Shown here piece after piece: positions 12,837 to 25,465 of a stretch of DNA of 64,000 nt (the stretch's first letter is position 1; each line of letters begins with the position of its first letter). The notes under the pieces were generated by a model. That model did not search any database, was not told the DNA's origin, and saw nothing but the letters and a program-made list of their open reading frames with translations. The position numbers and the translations under genes are program-made. Source of the DNA: Negaprion brevirostris (lineage: Eukaryota); assembly GCA_030324005.1 (NCBI GenBank), contig JARDVH010000001.1:105937297-106001296 (forward strand), in the 5' to 3' direction.

Positions 12837-15800
12837 CCTGACGCAGCGAGCATTGAGGTCGGGACGCTCTTGCAAAACAGCACCTGATCGTTTTGCAGCC
12901 AGGCTACTCACCATTTGCCAAAAAGTGTCTGAGTGTGGGATGATTGCAGTGCAGAGCATGCCTGACAAAATGGTGCAGATTGCGCCAGCTTTCTCGCTAT
13001 TATGACTCTTAGGTTTTTGGGGGAAAATTCCATCCATGGTGAAAGGGGTAGGCACTAGCATGACGAGTCAAATGGCTTCCTTCTACACTATATCATGCAA
13101 TATCCTGTGAAAGAACCCAACGAAACCATTTCTTCGGCTACCTAAATCTTCCCTATCACTTAACACCTTACTAATGCTGGAAATCTCTCCAATTTGATAC
13201 GGAATTATTTCATCAGGCCAGACAGTTGCTCAATATAAATGTATTCTTAATTAAATAGCTGCAATTTGTGTTACACAACCCATAATTGTTTTTCCCTGCT
13301 AGAAGTGACAAAGGGAAGAATCATCCCTTGTAATGCTTGAGTGTGAAGAATTGCTCTTCTATATTGTGGTGCTCAAGGTTTCTCATTATAATTATCACTT
13401 CTAGTTTTCTTATAGATGTAGCTCACCTTTCTCAATAGGTTGAATAATTAACTCTGGAATTATACAAGAAATGGAAACAAATTGTGTGTGATTAATTCCT
13501 TTCTCTTACAGAATTCAAGTATATACAAATAGTTTGTGAAGGTATTTACTCTTCATACAAGAAAATAAACCTGATCAAATACATCAAACACATCATATAC
13601 TTTCAATGCATTTGCTTCCATTAGCTATTGAAACTAATTTTGAATGGCTAACCTTAAAAGTGAATTCCACAACCTGATAACTCTCTGAAATGAAGTTTCT
13701 CTTGTTCTTTGTTCTAAATTTCATACAATTAAGGCAGGATTCTCCGGCTGCGTGTGCCCCAATACCGAAAATTCCCACCCAAGCTCAACAGATCTTTGAA
13801 TGGTCCACCGAATCTTCCATCTCACTTGCTACAATTCCCGCGGCAGGCGAAAGGGGAAAATTTAGGCCTTAATATCTTAGCCATGGCCTCTTGCAAGAAA
13901 TCCCTTACTATCTACTTTGCTCTAATTCATAATTTTAAACTTCTATCTTTTTGCCTCATGGCTTACATTGTTCCAACAAAAAAGGCATCGAATTTTTCAA
14001 ATCTTCCTTCACATCTGAATTTTCTCATATCCCAGTAGCTTCCTCATGACTTTATCAAGCTGTACTGTTGCCTTTAATGTCTGGTGTACTGTACTCAAAT
14101 ATCAGTATCCATCTGCCCTTCCACAGTATCAACTTTTATTACTATTCAGAATATACTTGCCACTGCTAATTTACTGTAATGCATCACAATATATTTACTG
14201 TCATTAGAATTCTATCACTCCATCATTTTCAACATCAGTTAGTAGCTTACTATGGTCTTCTAAAGAATGAACAACCATATTTTGGCATCATTAGATATTT
14301 TCAGATGATTAATCTTCAATTATCCATGAGGTTCTCCGTCAAAGAAATTCCTAAAGTTCATGTACACTACATCCACTGCAATCTTCCATCATCATCTTCT
14401 CCTTGATTCTCTTCCCACACTGAGAGGCACTTGAGGCAGATAGAGCACAAGCAGAGGTTACTACCCTGAATCCAGAGGCTATAGCTTGAGGGGCTCCACT
14501 TCACATTAAGCATGGTTGACCATGAGTCTCTCCTAATCTTACCACCCATCGTAGGCATACAGATGGATTTGGAGGTTGATAATCAACCTGTTGTCATATT
14601 ATGAATGCACCTTCCCTGGATTAAGGCTCAAACACTGAGCTTCTGGCTCAAAGGCAGGGGCCCTACCCACTGTGCGACAAGACCTCTTCATTTTTTCATC
14701 TTTTGTTTGGTAGAGAGCTATATGAATGCAAAAACGTTAATTCTGTTTCTCTCTCCACAGATGCTACCACATCTGCTCAATTTATCTGGCATTTTCTGTT
14801 TTTACTTCCGCCTACCAAGTCTGTTATTTCAAAAAAAATTCTATGAGGTTTGTCTAATGTGACAGTCTCTTCCTTTTTATCATTGTGTTGTAATTTCATG
14901 CTTAATAAAACACAGTAATATTTTTCTTACCATAGTTTTTAAAAGAACAGGATTATAGCTACTCAATCAGCTCCATCTACCCTTTTAAAAATGCATACTA
15001 CAGTCTATTTTTCAGTCCTCCAGCACATATACATACTCAATAGAGCCTTGAAATATTTCAACATTTACTGGCTACACTCAAACGTTATGAAGTTTGCAAT
15101 TATTCCTTCTGAGAAAAAATTCCTGACATGGGGAATCTTTTGGCAAAGTTGCTGATAATCAAATTTAAGACATTTTTGTAAGCTATTGAGATAAATTTAT
15201 TTTCTTGATAAGCGTGTTTATGGATACATTTGCAGTGAATCACTTTCCAACTGACCTTGATGAAAAAGGTAGAGCTTAATGGACTAAGGCATCTGTCAGA
15301 TTTGATGAAAACAAGAGCTGAAGCAGATATAAGTGCAAGTACAAGATACATTCCCATTTCCTAACAGATGGAAAAGGGAGATTTAATAATCCAGAATGAT
15401 AGTCTTCCAATAGACTCTATTAGTGCAGTAATTTAACTATTATCTTAACAATTGCCTTCACCATGAATACTCGCTTATTATACACATGATGTGATAACCA
15501 AGTTAGCAAATGTTCCGCATACAGCTCTGTGAATTCATAACATTTAACTTCAAACTATTACATTCCCAACAGAAACATAGAAAATTAGAAGCAGTCGGCC
15601 ATTTGACCCTTCGAGCTTGCTCTACCATTCATTTTGATTGTGGCTAATCATCGAACTCAATATCCTGATCCCCCTTCCCCCCATTTCCCTTGATCCCTTT
15701 AGCCCCAAGGGCTATATCTAATTTCTTTTCAAAATCAGACAACATTCCTGGCCTCAATTACTTTCTGCATTGGAACACATTCACCACCCTCTGGGTGAAG

Positions 15801-15954
15801 GAGATGCCCATAAAAAAGTTTGTTCACTTTGATAAAGATTTCATTCAGCATAAAATCACTCAATGTACCAGATGCCCAAACACCCTCTGGTATTGTCAGT
15901 ATTGCAAGGGCAAATTTCAAAATAAGCAGGAGCACAGATGAATTTATCACATAC

Positions 15955-16035
15955 CTTTACATAGTCCACCTTCTGTGTAGAATCCCGGGTCACAGCTCTG
16001 TAAACAGCGGCCGTTCTGCAAGAATTTGTTCTGAA
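15955..16035 (-). CDS. FRAS1: FRAS1 coding exon (second half of ~exon 13, furin-like repeat 1): (V)QNKFLQNGRCLQSCDPGFYTEGGLCK
   Basis: T-rich acceptor tttacttcatag|TT, G|gtatgt donor, 81 nt, phase 1-1; matches recalled human TKLLQNGWCVHSCGLGFYQAGSLCL. Confidence 0.88.
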
Positions 16036-16504
16036 CTATGAAGTAAATAATAAAGTAAAACATTAACTAATCTTTCATGGACTACAAACTATCCCCATGG
16101 ACATGTTGTTTCCTCCATTTATTCTTCAGACAATATAGAAGAGGCTTTCATTGTGACCAAATGGTTATTTATTAAATGCATACAAACCATTGCTCTTGAT
16201 GCAAACAGTGCAGGTTTTATGAATACTATCCACATCTGCATCTGTGATTCAATATCCGCATAGATGGGATTCTTCCCCCTCCTTCTCCACTCCACAGCCT
16301 CTGCCTTGTGATATTATTGTTGTAGATGAATACTCTCAAGCAATTCTCTCAAGATTGGGAAATCTTGCCAACAAGTTTATTGGCATCCAATCACTAATGC
16401 AGCAATTTCATCAGGAGATAAGAACAATGCTTTGGGAACAGTTTTTACCCACTGTATATGGAGTCTTTGTGTAATCCCTTTCAGTAAACAATGTAGTATC
16501 GATA

Positions 16505-16840
16505 TGGCGGGCATGGTACCACACTGGTTAGCACTGCTGCCTCACAGTACCAGGGACCTGGGTTTGATTCAAACCTTGGATGATTGTATGGAGTTTGCAC
16601 TCCTCACCTCCTTTCCCACACTCCCATGTCAATGTGGGTTTCACCCCACAGTTCAAAGATGTTCGGTGAATTGACTTAAATTATCCCTAAGTGTCCAACG
16701 ATGTGTAGGTAAGAGGATTAGCCATGGTAAATGCACGGCGTTACTGGGATAGGGTGGGCCTTGGTGAGATGCTGTTTTGGAGAGTCAGTACAGACTTGAT
16801 AGGCCAAATAGCCTCCTTCTGCACTGTAAGTATTCTATGA
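16505..16840 (+). mobile_element. tRNA-derived V-SINE (HE1-like)
   Basis: CTGGTTAGCACTGCTGCCTCACAG..GGGTTTGATTC..GGAGTTTGCAC with CR1-like tail. Confidence 0.82.
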
Positions 16841-17659
16841 TCCCTTTAACCCCCATGGATGTGACCTTTTCTCGCAGATTTCTTAGAGTCCAGTTTCCCN
16901 NNNNNNNNNCTTCCCTCTGCCTTCAATTGTTTGTCTTCTTCACCCACCTTTCCTCTCTGCCTGCCATTGTGAGCATTTGCCCTATCACCACCCCTTTCCC
17001 ACATGGCTCTCCTTCCACACTGGCCCCCTTTGTCTTCATCAGGCCACCATCCACTTCCTTACCTTGCAATCTACCTTGGTCAAAATTTGGACCTTGATCA
17101 CAATGGCCACAAGAGTCCCACAGCATAGGGCTGTCTAGATCTAGGATTTGCTCAACTTTAAATCAGGTCTGGCTTTATCTCTCAGCTTCCAAGGAGTTGC
17201 AAGCTCCACAAGGCCAAAAACTGACACATTCTCTTAAGCTACTTTTCCAAACATTAAGCAATCTTGCATGCTAGCTGTATCCTAACTGAATTCACAGAGA
17301 TACTCAAAGCAAAGAATCCCACTTAGCTCCACTCATCTCCATGGCAATGTGACACTCACAGCTTCTTTCCAGTGTTATGAACAATAATTTTAACCTGAAT
17401 TACTCCAGATATTTGAACGTTAAAAAAGGGAAAAATACATTCAGTTTCATTTCGATTTTTGTTAGTGAACCTTGGTGCTTGGATAGATTTGTCACTGATA
17501 GGTTTCAGGTCTTTTGGGTTTGTTTGTATATATACAGTTTTAATGAAGTTTTACAAGCACTGAAGTGAAGGAGATCGATTAAAGAGGGTTGGAATTTCAG
17601 TGGTTGAGAAAATAGAATAACAATAGAAAAAGCTGTACTATTGCCTTGTGACAGCTTTT

Positions 17660-18660
17660 CATTTCATTTGTCGGACATGGACATCACTGACTAGGCCAGC
17701 ATTTATTGCCCTAGTTGCCCTTGAGAAAGTAGTGGTGAACTGTCTTCTTGAAACGCTGCAGCCCAGGTGCTGCAGGTTGACCCACAATGCCATCAGGATT
17801 TTGACTCCGTGATTGCGAAGGAACACCATACATTTCCAAGTCAGGATTGTGACTGGTTTGGAGGGAAACGTGCAGGTGATGGTGTTCCCATGTATCTGAT
17901 ATCTTTGTCTTTCTAGGTGGAAATGGTCATGGGTTCTGGTAGACAGTACACATTGCTGCAACTAATCATTGATGGTGGAGGGAGTGGATATTTGTGAATG
18001 AGATGCCAATTAAAAAGGCTGCTTTGTCCTGGATGGTGTCAAGCTTTTTGAGTGTTGTTGGAGCTGCACCTACCCAGGCAAATGGGGAGTATTCCATCAC
18101 ACTCCTGACTTGTAGATGGTGGATCTGCTTTTGGGAATCAGGAAGTGAGTTACTTGCTGCAGTTTCCCTGGCCTCTGACCCGCTCTGATAGTCACTGTCC
18201 TTATGTGGCAAGTCCAGTTGAGTTCCTGGTCAATGGTAACCCCAAGGATGTTGACAGTGGAGGATTCAGCGATGGTGACATCATTGAATGACAAAGAGCT
18301 GTAGATAGAGTGTCTCTTATTGGTGATGGTCATTGCCTGGTATTTGTGTAGCATGAATGTTACTTGCCATTTGTCAGCCCAAGCCTTCACGTTGTCCAAA
18401 TTTTGTTGTATTTGAACATGGACTGCTTCAGTGTCTGAGGAGTCATGAATAGTGCTGAACATTGTGCAATCATCCGCCAACATGCACACTTCTGTCCTTA
18501 TGATGGAGGGAAGATCATTGGTGAAGCAGCTGAAGATGGTTACACCTAGGACACTACCCTGAGGGACTCCAAATGTCCTGCAGCCAAGAAAACTGACCTT
18601 CCACAACCATCTTCCTACGTGCCAGGTATAACTCCAGCCAGCAGAGAGTCTTCCCCTGAT
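17660..18660 (-). mobile_element. LINE (CR1/L2 clade) reverse-transcriptase C-half and 3' end
   Basis: ORF 18097..18606 has GVPQGSVLG, ADDCT and WADKWQVTF; ORF 17966..18211 has VRSVMEY..W. Confidence 0.9.
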
Positions 18661-19971
18661 CCAGTGACACAGATTCAGAAGAGACAGGGTGTGTTCAGTG
18701 TGAGTCAGAAAAAGAAGACAATGATTTTTAAGATGAGAAGAGAATCAGCAATGCTAATGGGACAGTAGTTAACTGAATAATTAGTTATGGAACTCAGTAA
18801 AATGACCAGTTTAGCTGAGATACTACCAGGTAATGTTTAAAAGTTTAGTAAACTAATTGCTTTGCAATTGTAGAAACAGTGAGTTCAGAGGCAAAAAAAT
18901 GCTGAAAATTTTCAACAGATCTGATAGCATCAATAAAGGGAGAACGGAGCCAACTTTGAGTCTGGGTGTACCTTCGTCAGAGCTGAGTTTAGGTGCAATT
19001 TCTGGGTGTGTTGGGGAGAAATGTGAGTTGGGTGAGAAGTATGAAGTGAATGCTCAAGATTTCACTGGAAGAAAACTGTTTGCAGCTGCACTAGTCCCAG
19101 CGAGAAGCCCTGTGTCAAGCTGGGCTAAAGCTTCACTGGTTTATGCCTCTACAAAGATATTGCGTGAGTAGAGGAACAGTGAGAATTTGAATCGTCTTCT
19201 TGTGATCTTTCCAACCTTATTGTCTCGTGCATTTAGGGTAGGTTGCTGAATGAGAAACCAAACGGCAAGGATGGACAGGTCCCTTTTCTCGGATTAATAA
19301 GAACACGTCAGTGGATTTATTATGGACAAGGGGGAGGGCAAGGTAGCTTCAATAGGATATCAAGAAGTCAAAGTGATTAATTTTGCAATAAGGCAGCAAG
19401 AAGATTTTGACAGCTATTAAAATACTTCAAAATGTTGAAAATAAGTAAGTGGTATTCACACAGGGGGTTAATTTTACAAATTTGTGATCATAATATGGGG
19501 TTCACCACTGGGTTCACAAATTTGGGAGTGGAGCAAGCACCCAACAGATTTCTGGTCAATTCCCAAAACAGTCTTCTGGTGGGTGAAGTTGCAAACCGTT
19601 TACACAAACATGCAAGATGCCCCGACATAATACCATTTTATGTTCTACATTATTGAATTCAAGTTGAAATGATTCACGTTTCTGACCAGCCATTACAACA
19701 ACCAACTGCTTCAACCACTGTAAAACTGCCCCCCTGATTTCGCCAATTTCCAAAATGAACAGGTCTACTTGTGTTCAAGTTTTAAAAGGTTCCTCTGTTA
19801 TCCACAGCTGGATGCTGAGGTTGTATTGTGTGTGCAGTACAATAGGGCAGAACACTGGAGCTTGCATCATACAACATATTTGTGTAAGCATTTGTAAGGC
19901 ATTTAAATACATTGCCCACTTTTGAGTGGATGTATCCTGAGCCAGTCTTGGTGGAAAAGGGAGATGCAGAG

Positions 19972-20270
19972 CCTCAGAGCTCCAGGGACCTGGGTTCGAT
20001 TCCCCAGTTGGGTCACTGACTATATGGAGTTTGCACATTCTCTCTACGTCTGCATGGGTTTCCTTCACGTGTTCTGTTTCCTTCCACAGTCCAAAGATGT
20101 GCAAGTTAGGTTGATTGGCCATGCTAAATTGACCCTCAATGACCAGGGATGCTTACATTAGAGGGATTAGTGGATTAAATACGTGGAGTTATGGGGATAG
20201 GGCCTGGATGGGATTGCCAGTGCAAACTCGATGAGCCGAATTGCCTCATTGCACTATAAGTATTCTAAAT
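19972..20270 (+). mobile_element. tRNA-derived V-SINE (HE1-like), 5'-truncated
   Basis: CCAGGGACCTGGGTTCGATTCCC..GGAGTTTGCACATTCTC..CCAAAGATGTGC. Confidence 0.85.
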
Positions 20271-21369
20271 AATTCTAAAATAAAGGCAGCAGAGCAACTC
20301 AAGGCTGTTCTGCTGTATTCCACGGAATCTGACTCCCGAGGGTTACTCTAGCAGGAACTTGAGGTGTGCATCTCTTTTTTAGATCTATATACATTAATTG
20401 CAAACAAAATACAATTGTGCATACAAACTATATCACAAATCTGTCAGAAAAATGGCAGTTTGAATCTGCTCTTTTATTCTGTCACATAAACTTCACATTT
20501 ACTTGTAAAATGATGACAGTAATATATAATTTCAGTCAGTTAAGATGCCCAGTTATTAAACTGAAACCTACTGAACAACATAAATATATGCATCATTAGG
20601 TCTGGCAGGCTTTGTGGAGAGAGAAACAGAGTTAGTGTTTCAAGTCCATTTGACTCTCTCAAAACATTAACTCTGTTTCTCTCTCCACAGATGCTGCCAG
20701 ACCTGCTGAGCTTTTCAGCATTTTCTGCATTTGTTTCAGATTTCCAGCATCCACAGTATTTTGATTCCACTATAGACATCACTACCCTGCTTCTATAAAT
20801 TTAATTCCCAGCATTGGTCTAACACCATATCGACCAACTTTGATTTCACTTCCTGTAAAATAGGTGTATTTATGTAAAATGTTAATGTAAATAATGACAA
20901 TTACTTAGCAAGTGAATGAAAGTAACTAAACACACTAAACGTAGGTCTTCTTGTTTGTAACAGGATAAGCATGATCATGAAACTCATACTGCAATTCCAG
21001 ACAATTCTGCTTCCATCTTGGCAGCTGCAGCTTTGATTTAGAATTATTTATTTATATATAAGACATATACACACAAGTGCATGTTTGGGTGCTCAGACAC
21101 GCACATAGTCAGCCTTGCACAGGCACGCACTGACACACACACAGACTTCTACCAGCAGAGTTTTTAATCAAACGTAAAAAGCAAATGAGGTTATTTATAA
21201 ATAATATGGACAGCCAGGGTGTTAGAACTATAATCTGTAGTCAGGTTGCAACCATCTTTTCTGATATGTTTAAAAATTAATTAAAAACACAAGTTACATA
21301 ATGCAAAATTCTCCGGACTCTCTTATTTTTCTCCAACCACTCTTAGATAAATGGCAGATAGACACAAAC

Positions 21370-21517
21370 CTGGTTGGCATTCAGGGCAACATTCTCCCTT
21401 CACTTCAACAGCAAGAGTCCCGACAGGGCAGAGAGGGCAGGAGCGCTTATAACAGGTCACCTGTGAATCACGGCATTCACATTCTTTACAAAGGCCTTCC
21501 TTCCATTTCTCACCATT
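21370..21517 (-). CDS. FRAS1: FRAS1 coding exon (~exon 12), VWC6: NGEKWKEGLCKECECRDSQVTCYKRSCPLCPVGTLAVEVKGECCPECQP
   Basis: tag|AAT acceptor, G|gtttgt donor, 148 nt, phase 0-1; CPVGTLA.EVKG.CCP matches recalled human FRAS1. Confidence 0.96.
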
Positions 21518-22629
21518 CTATTTTAGGAAAGATTTAAAAAGGCGAAGCATTTTTAATGGAATAAATGATTTTGATCTAAGATTTATCAAGAAGTTAATGC
21601 ACACAAAAATATGGACAGAATTCCCAAAGCAAACCTGAGAGACAATACCTGATTCATGTTAAAGACAGACAAGGCGTTGAACTGGATTCTTTATTAGATA
21701 GGATATTAAAATGGTCCTCATTTGAATCTTAATTTAGGAGGGCAAAGTTTAGTTTAATAAAGACATCAGATATCAACAACTACAGAAGACTACGCTGAGT
21801 GGAACTATAAAGAGATGTATATGTACAGTTTTCTTAGGAAAATGGAAATAATNNNNNNNNNNNNNNNNNNNNNNNNNNNNNNNNNNNNNNNNNNNNNNNN
21901 NNNNNNNNNNNNNNNNNNNNNNNNNNNNNNNNNNNNNNNNNNNNNNNNNNNNGGGGCAGGCTCGAAGGGCTAGTTGGCCTACTCCTGCTCCTATTTCTTA
22001 TGTTCTTATAAAGTTTTAACTTCAAAGTAATTTCAGCTAATATTAGAAAACAGTGAATTAAAGGGGACAACAAGGACAATATCCTAAAATAGTATTATTT
22101 TGTTTTCAGATAATAGTGGACCTTGTGTTCCAGTATTCTCTGTTATTACGTAACCGTTTGTGTTCCTTGGCACCTCTGTTGTGTCAGGAGTTGAAAATCA
22201 GCAATAACTCTTTGTGAACAAGTTAAAGGAAACCAGCACTTGTGAGGTTTATAATCTTTATAATGCTGGAGTAATCTGTTTTGAAAGATTGTATAGGAGC
22301 GTTCCCTTCAAATTGATTGGAGAGACACAAGATTTACAGGGAGATGCAGTATCTTTGTCATGATGACCTAGACTGAAGTACTGATGCGATTCACTGCTGG
22401 TTATGTCATTGTGCTGCACGCTTGTAAACAAATTAAAAATAGTTTGCTGAGCCAGTGCTTTTATAATGGAACCACTTAATAGTGAGACAGCACAGGAACT
22501 TGAAAGAAACTGGAAATAATTACAACTTCAATACCCAGCAGTAAAAATCTCAAAAGACCATGTGATAAAAAGGGATTTGGATTATTTAATTGTGGCAAAT
22601 CTGTGACTGGTTCATGTTAAAAAGCTAAA

Positions 22630-22914
22630 AAAATGTATTTATTAGTCACAAGTAGGTTTACATTCACATTACAATGAAGTTATTGTGAAAATCCCCTAGT
22701 CGCCACACTCCGGCACTTGTTCAGGTACATTGAAGGAAAATTTAGCAGGGTCAATCCACCAGCCTGTACATCTTTGAACTGTGGGAGGAAATCAGAGCAC
22801 ATGGAGGAGAGAATCTGCAAATTCCAAATAGACAGTGACTGACCCAAGTCAAGAATTGAACACAGGTCACCCACAGTGAGGCAGCAGTGCTAACCACTGT
22901 GCCACCGTGCCACC
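22630..22914 (-). mobile_element. tRNA-derived V-SINE (HE1-like)
   Basis: Reverse complement of GGTGGCACGGTGGCACAGTGGTTAGCACTGCTGCCTCAC; same tail as 7372-7673. Confidence 0.87.
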
Positions 22915-22988
22915 ACTTAGGAGCAAGCAAGAGTTCTAGGTTCTTCTTACAACCTGGAAGAACCTACAGCTCTTGCTTGCTCCTAAGT
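22915..22988. repeat. Near-perfect hairpin: 32-bp stem, 10-nt loop
   Basis: ACTTAGGAGCAAGCAAGAG-TTC-TAGGTTCTTC / TTACAACCTG / GAAGAACCTA-CAG-CTCTTGCTTGCTCCTAAGT; 30 of 32 positions are Watson-Crick. Confidence 0.92.
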
Positions 22989-23116
22989 ACATGCATGATT
23001 TCTAGACCTCCGACCAAACAATGGAGTTTTTGAGTTAAACAATTATCATTTCAGTTCTGACATTGTTTAATCATTGCTGCCATTTCACTCAAAGGATCAC
23101 AAAACAATTTATATAC

Positions 23117-23155
23117 CTGCAGATGTTTTTCACCTTTCAAATCTGAGTGATGCAT
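23117..23155 (-). CDS. FRAS1: Probable FRAS1 micro-exon (~exon 11): MHHSDLKGEKHLQ
   Basis: Strong polypyrimidine acceptor tttcttttctctcag|ATG, CAG|gtatat donor, 39 nt, phase 0-0; position and size fit the recalled short human linker MSSNASEVKRIP, but amino-acid identity is low. Confidence 0.7.
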
Positions 23156-24319
23156 CTGAGAGAAAAGAAAGGCAATTATTCATAAATTATGCACAAAAAC
23201 ATTTCTTTTGATACAAACATCAGCCTCAAACATGATGAATTTTAATTTTAACCATTCAGCCTCTAATCTGGTGGCTCAGTCATTAAAGAATCAATTGAAA
23301 TCAATGGAATAATAATTGGATGAATTTTATAACAATCAATGCCTCGCTTCACTATCACCTTCGTGATGATTGCAGATTGATCCTTAAAAGGGACAAAGTA
23401 AAGGTCACATGACAGCAGGAAACCAATAAGGGAGCATGGGCTTCTGTCCTCAAGAGTCATCTCAGGAACTGATTGCAGTCTTACAGCTATAAGCCTCTGT
23501 ATAGTTTTTACCTGTAAATAAACGAGTTGCATTTTCCCTAAACAAGTGACAAGTGTCTTTACAAACAGCCACGTAATCAAGATGAAAACTTACTCAATAT
23601 GTTACAGTTTTCTTTTCTATGAATCTACATTTTTGAATTTTCTTTGCATATCCTTGCATTCTTTACTCTGAACTGGCAATAACTATTCAGCACAGAATGA
23701 TCCTGCACTATTGGATCAAACATTACATATCATACCTCCAAATTATGCTTTTAGTTCTCCTTCATGTGCATTATCAATTGTTAACACATCAAAATCTTGG
23801 TTTACTTTTCTTTTGACAGACCAAAGCTGCAAATTAGGTATCATATTATCATATTGTTAATCAAATGGAAAAGAACAAACTGACACACTGGCAAAAGATA
23901 TTAAACTAATGTCAAACACTCCAATTGCCAAATTGCTTTAATGCTCAGGTCAGATAAAATGGAGACCATAAACAAACATTTCTCTCAGCAACTGACAAAG
24001 AAACTGCTTTGTAATTATTAACCACAGAATTGCTATTAAAATATTTCTGTTAGCAACCCAGATATTTTCCTTAAACTTACCATGACAGATTTTCCTGTTA
24101 AATATGAATAGTCAAATTAAAAAAACAGGTGGGGAGGTTACATTTGAAGTTTTCATTAACAGCAAACGTAGAATATAAGGGAAAAATTATTTTAATTCAA
24201 CTTAACCCAGCACCTGCCAACCACTGTACATTGTGGCAAAGGACTGCAACAATTTCCCTACTGCTCTCAGGTGGGGACTCCAGCAGCATCATGAATGCCC
24301 CCAGCAGCATCCCAAATTG

Positions 24320-24925
24320 CTAAAAAGTGCCAAATCAGAAGATGAAGTGCTGTTCGTCACGCTTGCATTGGGCTTCACTGGAATACTAAAGTGAATACGC
24401 TACTTTCCACACTGGTGCTTCTGACATGGCTTCCTTTTTCCTCACCGTAGTTAATAGGACCCTTAACCCTGTCCAACCCATTTACTGCACTTTCCTTTCC
24501 TCCCAGAACAAAAACAGAGTTCTCCTTGTACTCACTTTCCACCCCACCAGTTCCACATTCAATGGACCATATTCCATAATTTCTGTCACTTCCAGCATGA
24601 TGCCACCACCACATACATCTTCTCCTCCCTTTTCCGTCAGCGTGCTAAAGAGACCAATTCCTCTGTGACACCCTGGTCCAATCCTCTATCATCCCTAACA
24701 TCCATCTTCTTCCTACGAAATTACAGGGGCTTTAGCCCTGCTTTTGCACCTTCCCTCTAACTATCCAAGGGCCCAAAGCAGGCAAATACGCTTCTTTCAA
24801 CTGTACTTCTTTAAGTTTCGTATACTGTATTTGCTGCTCACAAGCAGTTTCCTCTACACTGGAATACCTTCACACAATCTGACAACATGACCTCGACTTG
24901 TTTGCTTGCCATTTTATTCTGCTAC
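24320..24925 (+). mobile_element. Penelope-like retroelement fragment (RT thumb to GIY-YIG endonuclease)
   Basis: RVLLVLTFHP motif (~24515-24545) and FNCTS..FVYCICCSQ near the GIY-YIG start (~24795-24860). Confidence 0.65.
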
Positions 24926-24929
24926 ACCC

Positions 24930-25465
24930 TAAAGTCTGTCCACCATCTCTACAAGGCACAAGTCGAGAGTGTGATGAAATATTCTCCACTTGCGTCGATG
25001 AATGCAGCTCCAACAACACCCAAGAAGTTCATCATTCAAGACAAACTTTACTGACACTGCATTCACAAATATTCACTCCCTCCACCACCGACGAACATTA
25101 GCGGCTGTATGTACCATTTACAAGATGCACTGCTGCAATCCATGAAGATTCCATAGACAGCACCTCCCAAGTCCACCACCTCAAACACCTAGAAGGACAA
25201 AAGCAGCAAATGCATGGGAACAACACCACCTGCAAGTTTCCCTGCAAGCGAGGCACCATCCTGACTAGGCAACAAATAGGCATTCCTTCACTATTGCTGG
25301 GTCAAAGTCCTGGAACTTCTGAAAAGCANNNNNNNNNNAGCACTGTGGGTGTTCCTACAGTATATGGACTGCAAAGGTTCAAGGCAGCACATCACACCTT
25401 CTGAAGAACAATTAGGGACGGGCAATAATGCTGGCTTAGCCAGTGGCGCACACATCCCATGAACA
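24930..25465 (+). mobile_element. LINE 3' fragment, same family as 17660-18660
   Basis: CCACCATCTCTACAAGGCACAAGTC, GGGAACAACACCACCTGCAAGTTTCCC and the same tail. Confidence 0.8.

Noticed and set aside
20785-20852. Minus-strand AG...GT segment as the missing FRAS1 furin-repeat exon
   Set aside because: No cysteine pattern, wrong end phase, and a stop in the phase-0 frame.
20985-21030. Minus-strand CSCQDGSRIVWNCS peptide
   Set aside because: Cysteine spacing fits neither furin-like nor VWC repeats, and splice sites are unconvincing.
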